A stretch of 63,738 nucleotides of DNA, the filler included, from Hyphochytrium catenoides (taxonomy: Eukaryota; Protista; Hyphochytriomycota): NCBI GenBank assembly GCA_900088475.1. It is 10 parts of 10 records of this genome, joined end to end, with 100 filler letters (N's around TTAATTAATTAA, not from the genome) between each part and the next. Parts side by side here need not be neighbours in the genome. Positions count along the whole stretch, not along the records: positions 45,415 to 50,068 come from FLMG01004456.1; positions 50,169 to 56,672 come from FLMG01003223.1; 8 more parts are not named here. One strand, written 5' to 3'. Every line of letters begins with the position of its first letter. The stretch's first letter is position 1. Position numbers and translations under genes: made by a program. Positions 49,447 through 56,565 of the stretch are shown in pieces. Below the pieces are notes generated by a model. The model was not told the origin of the DNA. It did no database searches and saw nothing but the letters and a program-made list of their open reading frames with translations.

Positions 49447-49579
49447 CCCTCTCTNNNNNNNNNNNNNNNNNNNNNNNNNNNNNNNNNNNNNNNNNNNNNN
49501 NNNNCCCCCCCCCCCCCTTTCTATTGTACGTGTCATCTATGTCTCTCTCTCTCACTTCTCTCCCTCGCTTCTCTTCAAT

Positions 49580-49613
<34 letters not shown>

Positions 49614-50027
49614 TTTCTCCTCATGTCTCTGCCTCCATCTCTCCTCAAGCAGAAGCTTGCCCTTGTTCTGTTGCCTCTCCGGTCAAGCTCAGAAGAGAGA
49701 GAGAGAGACATAGATGACACGTACAATAGAGGAGGGAGAGAAAAGGAGGGAAGTCAGAAAGAGAGAGACAACAGAAAGGAGAGAGCGGGAAGAACGTGGT
49801 GGGAGGGAGAGAGAAGAGAGAGAGAGAGAGAGAGGGAAAATCGAGAGAGGAGGAGAGGCAGAAATAATAGATACATCTGAGAGAGAGAAGGACAGAGAGA
49901 TGGAGGAGGACAGAGAAACAGCAGGTTCTAGAGGACGGAGATCGTTGATGACTAATATACCGAGAGGAAGTGTACCTTGGAGGAGCTAATAGAGAGAGAA
50001 AAGAAAGAGAGAGAAAGAGAGAGAGGG

Positions 50028-50060
<33 letters not shown>

Positions 50061-50287
50061 AAGAGAGANNNNNNNNNNNNNNNNNNNNNNNNNNNNNNNN
50101 NNNNNNNNNNNNTTAATTAATTAANNNNNNNNNNNNNNNNNNNNNNNNNNNNNNNNNNNNNNNNNNNNTTTAAAATTAGTGTTAATTTCTTTACTTCCAA
50201 AGACCAAATATTGATATATTGATAACTCTCTTAGATCGAACTTTTAAACAACCTTTCTCTTTATAACTAATGAAATAAAAAACTACG

Positions 50288-50809
50288 ATGTTAAACATTA
50301 ATAAAGTTTATATTCAACAAGAAGATATTTTATATAAAAAACTTTTAAAAATTCCAGGCATAGGCCCTAAACGTGCAAAAACACTTATTAATTATATTGG
50401 AATTCATCGTTCTTGTAAGTTAATGCACGTTTCTTTAGAAAATCGTACGAAATTATTAAAATTTATTGAATTTTTTTATTCTAAAACAATAGGAATGAAC
50501 TTATTAGAAAAAACTCAAGAAAATATAACATATTATTCTACAATAAATAGTTATCGTGGTATTCGACATAAATATGGTTTGCCTGTAAGAGGCCAGAATA
50601 CACGTACAAATGCACGTACACGAAAATGTCAAAAGAGAAAAAAAAACTCTCTTTTTTTTAGAAAAAAACGTTTTGGGCGGGATATTATAAAAGTTCAAGT
50701 ACGTTCACGTCAAAAAAAAAGAAGATCTCCTAAAAAAAAAACTGGAAAAGTTTCTTATGTCCCATACTATAAACATAAACCATTTTTTAGACGTCCTAAA
50801 AATTATTGA
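50288..50809 (+). CDS. rps13: Mitochondrial ribosomal protein S13 with a basic C-terminal extension
   Basis: IPGIGPKRA and SYRGIRHKYGLPVRGQNTRTNART motifs. Confidence 0.95.
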   Translation: MLNINKVYIQQEDILYKKLLKIPGIGPKRAKTLINYIGIHRSCKLMHVSLENRTKLLKFIEFFYSKTIGMNLLEKTQENITYYSTINSYRGIRHKYGLPVRGQNTRTNARTRKCQKRKKNSLFFRKKRFGRDIIKVQVRSRQKKRRSPKKKTGKVSYVPYYKHKPFFRRPKNY

Positions 50810-51737
50810 AAAAACAAAACCAAAACAATTTTTAATGCTTCACCCTATAGACCAGTTTTTTGAGATTTTAAAAGTTGTTAATAAAAAACAACAACAAAAA
50901 AAAATGGAAAGACAAATAAAGAAATATTATTTTTTAATAAACAATATAAAAAATTTAAAAGAACAAACAAATAAAAAAATGAATCAAAGTCTACAAAAAA
51001 AGGCTTTTTTGTTAACAAAAAAAACATATTCTTTTTTTTTACTTAAAAATCAAATATGTTTTTCTAAAGAACTTTTTTTAAAGAAAAAGTATAAATTAAC
51101 AACAACATCTCGTTTACGAAAAATTGTTGAAACAATGCAATATCATTTTAAACAAATAAGAAAACGAGAAAAATGGTATTTTTTTTCAAAAAAAGCTGTT
51201 TTTTTTTATTTTAAAAATTTTAAAAAAATACGAGGATTAAAAAAAAAACAACCGATTAAAGGTAAAACACAACGAGAAAAATATAGACATCGTGTAGAAT
51301 TAATGATTCATCGGAATTTATCTGTTCGAGAGCTTTTTCATGAAAAACGTGCACGAAAACGAATGTTACGCAAATCTAGACGTTTCGGAAAGCGTTTTTT
51401 AGGAAAAACAGGAATTTTACATTATGTTGCGACAACACGAAATATCAAATATACTTTTACTACCTTAAAACATCGTGTATTAATGTATTTTTCTACTGGT
51501 AATAAAAAAATTAAAAAAGGTCGACGCAAAAGTCTCGAAGCTAAAAAAATTTTGGCAAGACGAATGGCTCGTTTTGTAAAATGGAAAAAAGTAAAAAAGC
51601 TGATTGTAGTTTTGCATGCAAGTCGTGTGAGAACAATAAATTTTCTTGTACGACTATATCGCGTTCGTCGAATTCGTTTGATTGCTATAATTGTTGATTC
51701 CAAACGACCTCATAATGGATGTCGAAAAAAAAAATAA
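50757..51737 (+). CDS. rps11: Mitochondrial ribosomal protein S11 with a long N-terminal extension; true start may be the ATG at 50835 or 50904
   Basis: C-terminal core GILHYVATTRNIKYTFT..STG..KKGRRKS..PHNGCR; follows rps13 as in the ancestral operon. Confidence 0.85.
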   Translation: MSHTININHFLDVLKIIEKTKPKQFLMLHPIDQFFEILKVVNKKQQQKKMERQIKKYYFLINNIKNLKEQTNKKMNQSLQKKAFLLTKKTYSFFLLKNQICFSKELFLKKKYKLTTTSRLRKIVETMQYHFKQIRKREKWYFFSKKAVFFYFKNFKKIRGLKKKQPIKGKTQREKYRHRVELMIHRNLSVRELFHEKRARKRMLRKSRRFGKRFLGKTGILHYVATTRNIKYTFTTLKHRVLMYFSTGNKKIKKGRRKSLEAKKILARRMARFVKWKKVKKLIVVLHASRVRTINFLVRLYRVRRIRLIAIIVDSKRPHNGCRKKK

Positions 51738-51770
51738 AAATTATTTCTAATATCAATTTCAATTCTTTAA

Positions 51771-51854
51771 GGACAAGTGATCGAGCGGTTGATGGTATCA
51801 GTCTTGAAAACTGAAATGCTTACAGCATCGTGGGTTCGAATCCCACCTTGTCCA
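51771..51854 (+). tRNA. trnS: tRNA-Ser(UGA)
   Basis: Acceptor GGACAAG/CTTGTCC; anticodon arm TCAGT-CT TGA AA-ACTGA; long variable arm; T loop TTCGAAT. Confidence 0.95.
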
Positions 51855-51857
51855 TTA

Positions 51858-51931
51858 CGGAATGTGACGCAGCCCGGTAGCGTGTTTGTTTTGGGAACAA
51901 ATTGTCATAGGTTCAAATCCTATCATTCCGA
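51858..51931 (+). tRNA. trnP: tRNA-Pro(UGG)
   Basis: Acceptor CGGAATG/CATTCCG; anticodon arm TTTGT-TT TGG GA-ACAAA. Confidence 0.95.
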
Positions 51932-51969
51932 GATTTTTTTTTATTAACTAAGTTTTATATTAATATTTA

Positions 51970-52371
51970 ATGATGAATGATCTGATTTCAGATTTAATTA
52001 CACGTATTCGAAACGGACAAATGGCACATTTAACTGCTATTAAAGTTTGCAATTCGAAATATTCAAGAAAATTTTTAGATGTATTATATGAAGAGGGTTT
52101 TATTTGTGGTTATAGTCTTAATTATGAATCTTCAAAAAATGCAGAACACTATTTAAAAGTACATTTAAAATATATGGGCGGAAAACCTTCTATTAAAAAA
52201 ATTTATAAAATTTCGAAAAACGGTTGCCGTGTTTATTGTGGTGTTGCAGAACTATGGCGTCTAAAACATGGATTTGGTCATTATATTTTATCAACATCAA
52301 AAGGATTAATGATTGATGAAAAAGCTCGCTATTTAAGGATAGGCGGGGAAATTATTGCATATATTGAATAG
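51970..52371 (+). CDS. rps8: Mitochondrial ribosomal protein S8
   Basis: DLISDLITRIRNG, LYEEGFI, ILSTSKGLM, IGGEII. Confidence 0.97.
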   Translation: MMNDLISDLITRIRNGQMAHLTAIKVCNSKYSRKFLDVLYEEGFICGYSLNYESSKNAEHYLKVHLKYMGGKPSIKKIYKISKNGCRVYCGVAELWRLKHGFGHYILSTSKGLMIDEKARYLRIGGEIIAYIE

Positions 52372-52923
52372 ATGTCAAAAATAGGACGTAAAATTATAAG
52401 AATTCCAGAAAATATTAAAGTTTTATTACAAGAAAAAGAAATAATTTTGTCTAAAGAAAATCAAATTTTAAAAATTAAAAAGCCAGCTTTTTGTAGATTA
52501 GTTTTTAAAAATCAATGTTTGAGTATTGAAATACCTAAAAATCAATATAAAATTCGTGAAAAAGATCAAATAAATATGTTTTGGGGAACTTTTCGTAAAT
52601 ATTTAAATGATGCTATTATCGGATTGAGTCAAAAATTTCAAATATCATTAAGAATTATTGGTGTTGGTTATCGAATGTTTGTCGAAAATAATTATTTATG
52701 TTTAAAAATTGGATATTCTCATTTAATTTATATCAAAATTCCCTCGGATATCTCGATCTCAACACCAAAATTAACAAAAATTTCAATGCAAAGTCATAAT
52801 AAAAATTCTTTATTACAATTTGCGGCATTTATTAAATCACATAAAGTTCCAGAACCGTATAAAGGTAAAGGCATTGTTTATAAAGGAGAACATATTCGTC
52901 GAAAAGAAGGTAAAAAAAGATAA
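52372..52923 (+). CDS. rpl6: Mitochondrial ribosomal protein L6
   Basis: MSKIGRKII.IP, GVGYR, KIGYSH, PEPYKGKGI, RRKEGKK. Confidence 0.97.
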   Translation: MSKIGRKIIRIPENIKVLLQEKEIILSKENQILKIKKPAFCRLVFKNQCLSIEIPKNQYKIREKDQINMFWGTFRKYLNDAIIGLSQKFQISLRIIGVGYRMFVENNYLCLKIGYSHLIYIKIPSDISISTPKLTKISMQSHNKNSLLQFAAFIKSHKVPEPYKGKGIVYKGEHIRRKEGKKR

Positions 52924-52925
52924 TC

Positions 52926-53726
52926 ATGAAAGTCTTCAAAAAAAAATATATGAAATATTGCCCAGAAACATTAAAAAAAATGAAAGATAAACAAATTTTT
53001 AAAATTTTGATGGAACAAAAAATACATTTGGGACATCATCGACAAAATATTAAAAAAGAATTTAAAACCTATTTACATTCTTTTTTTAATGATTATGGTA
53101 TTATAAATTTAAAAAAAACTTTAATGCAATTACGCATTGTAATGAATATTGTATTTAATCTTGGACTAAAAAATGGTAATATTTTAATTATTGATTCTTT
53201 TTTGATAAATGGGAAAAGTTTAGACCTTTCAATTCCATTTGAAGGAATTTTATGTTTAAAACAATCTGATTGGATTCCTGGTTTGTTATCTAATAAAAAA
53301 CATGTTAAGAATACAATGAAACAAAATCTTTCAAAAAAAAATATAAAAACTTTTCAAAAAGATTTATCTGAAACATTATTAAATCATATTGATTCTATTG
53401 ATTTAATTGTTATTATAGATCCACTTGCTTGTATAGATATTATAAATGAAGCTTCTATTACAAATACACCTATTATAGCATTAGTAGATTTAAATGGTTT
53501 TCTTCAAAATATAGATTATCCTATAATATGTAATAATCAAAATCGAAATAGTGTTTTATTTATTTTGCAACTTCTTTTTAAAGCATATGAAAAAGGCACT
53601 TTATATCAAAACGATGTTGATAAAAAAATTTTTATGAAAAAAAAAAGAAAAAATGTTTCAATTTATTTTGAAAAACAAGATCGTAAAAAGGATTTCATTG
53701 TAAAAGAAAAAAAAAAAAATAGATGA
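52926..53726 (+). CDS. rps2: Mitochondrial ribosomal protein S2
   Basis: IHLGH, IINLKKT, WIPGLLSN, INEA..TPIIALVD, IDYPIICN. Confidence 0.93.
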   Translation: MKVFKKKYMKYCPETLKKMKDKQIFKILMEQKIHLGHHRQNIKKEFKTYLHSFFNDYGIINLKKTLMQLRIVMNIVFNLGLKNGNILIIDSFLINGKSLDLSIPFEGILCLKQSDWIPGLLSNKKHVKNTMKQNLSKKNIKTFQKDLSETLLNHIDSIDLIVIIDPLACIDIINEASITNTPIIALVDLNGFLQNIDYPIICNNQNRNSVLFILQLLFKAYEKGTLYQNDVDKKIFMKKKRKNVSIYFEKQDRKKDFIVKEKKKNR

Positions 53727-54496
53727 ACAGATTATTAAAAAAAAAATTTCAAAAAAGGACAAAAATTCAATGGATTTCTTATTTTAAAAAACATTTTCGT
53801 CGAAATGGGAATGTTTTATTTGTACGTCCTTTTGTTTTTCATAAATTACATTATGATAAGTGGAAAAAATTAAAAAAATTTTCATGGAAAAATTATAGAC
53901 AGTCATTATATAAATATAAAAACCCTTCTTCCCTAATTAAATATGTTAAAACAAAAAATATTTATTGTCATTCTATTTTATATCAAAAACAATTATTTAA
54001 AATTTTATATAAAATTCCATCTGAAAAACAACTAAAAATATTCTTACGTCAATTTTATAAACGAAAAAAAACACGTCAGCGTTTTTATTCGTCAATACAA
54101 AGACGTTTAGATTTTTTTTTATTAAAAATTAAGTATGCGGGTTCTCTTGAAATAGCTCGTTTTTTAATTAAAAATCAATTTATTTTGATAAATGATAAAA
54201 TTATAACGCAATCGAATTATTTAATAAGATGTCATGATATCTTATCTGTTGATTATCGTATACGGAATTATGTTTATTTTAATCTTTTAAGAAACAAAAC
54301 CAAAAAGAAAAAAAAAAAAAGAAAAAAAAAATACAAAAATGTTTTGGGTAATAAAAAAATGTTAGGTTTACCAAAAATTTTTGAAATAAACTACCGAACA
54401 TTAGATGTTATTCTTTATAATGATTTTAAAATTAAGCATTATAAAACAAAATATGCGTTAAATCTTGATATTATACAAAAAATATATAGAAGATAA
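53723..54496 (+). CDS. rps4: Mitochondrial ribosomal protein S4
   Basis: KQLFK..Y, RRLDFFL..ARFLI..ILINDKII..NYLI (S4 domain). ATGA overlap with rps2. Confidence 0.9.
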   Translation: MNRLLKKKFQKRTKIQWISYFKKHFRRNGNVLFVRPFVFHKLHYDKWKKLKKFSWKNYRQSLYKYKNPSSLIKYVKTKNIYCHSILYQKQLFKILYKIPSEKQLKIFLRQFYKRKKTRQRFYSSIQRRLDFFLLKIKYAGSLEIARFLIKNQFILINDKIITQSNYLIRCHDILSVDYRIRNYVYFNLLRNKTKKKKKKRKKKYKNVLGNKKMLGLPKIFEINYRTLDVILYNDFKIKHYKTKYALNLDIIQKIYRR

Positions 54497-54518
54497 TAAT
54501 ATAAAAACAACATAAAAA

Positions 54519-54586
54519 GAATTTGTTGTGTTTCCGATTCACAATCATTCAAAAATGATTTTTGGGCTCAAATCCCATCAAATTCA
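54519..54586 (+). ncRNA. Non-canonical tRNA-like cloverleaf (trnX or pseudo-tRNA)
   Basis: Perfect 7-bp stem GAATTTG/CAAATTC plus A; D-like arm GTG/CAC; arm AATCA-TTCAAAAA-TGATT; T-like arm TGGG-CTCAAAT-CCCA. Confidence 0.5.
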
Positions 54587-54619
54587 ATAATTATTTATCA
54601 TAAAAGAAAAAAAATTAAA

Positions 54620-55000
54620 ATGATTAAAAGAAAAAAAATTAAAAAATATGATTATAAATTTAAACTTGAAGCTTATGATATCAAAATTTTACAACAAGCA
54701 AATCTTTTTTGGAAAGAACTTGCAACCTCATTACATTTAAACTTAAAAGGCCCTGTTTTTTTACCAACGAAACAAAAAAAAATTATTTTATTAAGATCAC
54801 CACATATTAACAAAAAGGCTCGAGAAAAATTTATTTTTTGTCGTTATCGTTATTTATATACTTTAAAAAGCTCTGCAGAACAAATAGAATTTGTTTATCA
54901 ATTTTTATCTTTAATTCAAAAAAGTGCAATAGCTGGTTGTTCTTTTACAATACAAAAGACAATGAAAACAACACTTAAAAAACGTAAATATTATTTATAA
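54620..55000 (+). CDS. rps10: Mitochondrial ribosomal protein S10
   Basis: KLEAYD, GPVFLPTK..LLRSPHINKKAREKF. Confidence 0.95.
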   Translation: MIKRKKIKKYDYKFKLEAYDIKILQQANLFWKELATSLHLNLKGPVFLPTKQKKIILLRSPHINKKAREKFIFCRYRYLYTLKSSAEQIEFVYQFLSLIQKSAIAGCSFTIQKTMKTTLKKRKYYL

Positions 55001-55144
55001 AATAAAATATTGGGGTAGTTTTCAAAAAAGACGTATTAGCTTTTTTATTTTATATTCTTTTAGAAGAAAAATTCTATAAGTTTTTTTTTGAAATACTGAA
55101 ATAATTAAAAGTTGAACTCGATAGCTATGAGTTTTAATATATTT

Positions 55145-55216
55145 TTGAAGTAAAAGGATTCGAACCTTTGATTGTCCGTACCAAAAACGGATGCCTTTCC
55201 ACTTGGCTATACTTCA
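55145..55216 (-). tRNA. trnQ: tRNA-Gln(UUG)
   Basis: Minus strand TGAAGTA TA GCCAAGTGGAAAGGC A TCCGT-TT TTG GT-ACGGA ... AAAGG TTCGAAT CCTTT TACTTCA; U1-A72 pair typical of Gln. Confidence 0.93.
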
Positions 55217-55247
55217 TTTCTAAAAAAAATAATAATATGCATCTCCC

Positions 55248-55322
55248 GGATCTGTAACTTAGTGGTTTTATAGTGCACGCCTGATAAGCGTGAAGTCAGT
55301 AGTTCGACTCTACTCAGATCCA
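55248..55322 (+). tRNA. trnI: tRNA-Ile(GAU)
   Basis: Acceptor GGATCTG/CAGATCC; anticodon arm CACGC-CT GAT AA-GCGTG. Confidence 0.95.
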
Positions 55323-55324
55323 TC

Positions 55325-55397
55325 GCCCTTTTCGTCTAGTTGGTCAGGACATTGCTCTTTCACAGCAAGAACACGGGTTCAAATCCCGTAATGGGTA
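55325..55397 (+). tRNA. trnE: tRNA-Glu(UUC)
   Basis: Acceptor GCCCTTT/AATGGGT (one U.U mismatch at 5:68); anticodon arm TTGCT-CT TTC AC-AGCAA. Confidence 0.93.
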
Positions 55398-55399
55398 TA

Positions 55400-55472
55400 A
55401 AGTGATTAGCTCAATTGGCAGAGTATTTCGTTTACACCGAAAATGTTAGCGGTTCGAATCCGTTATCACTTA
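55400..55472 (+). tRNA. trnV: tRNA-Val(UAC)
   Basis: Acceptor AAGTGAT/ATCACTT; anticodon arm TTTCG-TT TAC AC-CGAAA. Confidence 0.95.
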
Positions 55473-55505
55473 AAAAATTGAAACTGTTATGTTTATATAA
55501 CACTT

Positions 55506-55577
55506 ACATCCTTAGCTCAGTGGTAGAGCTGTAGCCTTCTAAGCTGAAGGTCCCTGGTTCGAGTCCAGGAGGATGTA
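55506..55577 (+). tRNA. trnR: tRNA-Arg(UCU)
   Basis: Acceptor ACATCCT/AGGATGT; anticodon loop CT TCT AA. Confidence 0.95.
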
Positions 55578-55595
55578 GTTTTAATTGGTGACGTC

Positions 55596-55674
55596 ACTTC
55601 TGTGGTGAAAGGGTAGACACGGTGAATTCAAAATTCATTGCGAAAGCGTACAGGTTCGAGTCCTGTTAGAAGTA
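55596..55674 (+). tRNA. trnL: tRNA-Leu(CAA)
   Basis: Acceptor ACTTCTG/TAGAAGT; anticodon arm GTGAA-TT CAA AA-TTCAT; short variable arm GC-GAAA-GC. Confidence 0.92.
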
Positions 55675-55690
55675 ATTTCAAGTGCATTTT

Positions 55691-55764
55691 GGGAACATAG
55701 CTTAATTGGTTAGAGTATTAGCCTGTCACGTTAATGGTTGCGGGTTCAAATCCCGTTGTTCTCG
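55691..55764 (+). tRNA. trnD: tRNA-Asp(GUC)
   Basis: Acceptor GGGAACA/TGTTCTC; anticodon arm TTAGC-CT GTC AC-GTTAA. Confidence 0.95.
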
Positions 55765-56565
55765 ATGCGGGTATATAAAAGGAATCAAAAATTAAAAGAA
55801 AAAAACGTTTGTTGGGGTTCTATTTCCAGCCCCCTCGAACAGTTTGATATAATACCACTTTTTATTCTTTTATGGTTAGGTTTTGATATTTCAATTACAA
55901 ATTCTACACTTTTTACTTTAATCGGTACTGGTTTTTTTATTTCATTGTCTTATATGGTTTTTTTATTAAATACATTTATTATTAATCATTGGCAATATGT
56001 TTTAAAAGAACATTTTTTTGTGGTATTAGGTTTAATTTCTGAAAATATTGGAGCTGCCGGTAAAAAATATTTTTCTTTAATTTTTGCTTTATTTTCTTTT
56101 ATTCTTTTTTCAAATTTAATTGGAATGGTTCCTTATAGTTTTACGATTACAAGTCATTTAATTTTAACTTTTGGGTGTGCTTTATTATTTTTTTTAGGTA
56201 TTAATTATATTGGGATTAAAAAACATAAACAACATTTTTTGAGTCTTTTTTTACCAAGTGGTTCAACAGTCTTTCTTGCCTTAATTTTAATTCCGATTGA
56301 ACTTATTTCATATTTATTTCGTGTTGTGAGTTTACCAGTACGTCTTTTCGCAAATATGATGGCAGGTCATACTCTATTAAAAGTTATTGCAGGATTTGCA
56401 TGGACTATGATGGCGGCAAATGTCATTATTTTTTTTTTTCACTATATACCAACACTTTTATTAATTATTTTAATGGGTCTTGAATTAGGTGTTGGGATCA
56501 TACAAGCTTATGTCTTTTCGATTTTAGTTTGTATGTATCTGAATGATGCATTACATTTACATTAA
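55765..56565 (+). CDS. atp6: ATP synthase F0 subunit a
   Basis: SPLEQF, SNLIGMVPYSFTITSH, FLPSG, IELISY, SLPVRLFANMMAGH, LELGVGIIQAYVF, YLNDALHLH. The ORF-track start (55738) lies inside trnD; the first ATG after trnD is 55765. Confidence 0.97.
   Translation: MRVYKRNQKLKEKNVCWGSISSPLEQFDIIPLFILLWLGFDISITNSTLFTLIGTGFFISLSYMVFLLNTFIINHWQYVLKEHFFVVLGLISENIGAAGKKYFSLIFALFSFILFSNLIGMVPYSFTITSHLILTFGCALLFFLGINYIGIKKHKQHFLSLFLPSGSTVFLALILIPIELISYLFRVVSLPVRLFANMMAGHTLLKVIAGFAWTMMAANVIIFFFHYIPTLLLIILMGLELGVGIIQAYVFSILVCMYLNDALHLH

Noticed and set aside
55011-55100. mt-tmRNA suggested by GGGGTAG...GAC
   Set aside because: No matching acceptor 3' strand with G3.U70 and no T arm upstream or downstream.
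55325-55397. Acanthamoeba-type 5' tRNA editing
   Set aside because: The only acceptor mismatch is U5.U68 in trnE; positions 1-3 of all nine tRNAs pair (WC or G.U).
55738-55764. ORF-track start of atp6
   Set aside because: It is a TTG inside trnD; the ATG at 55765 is preferred.
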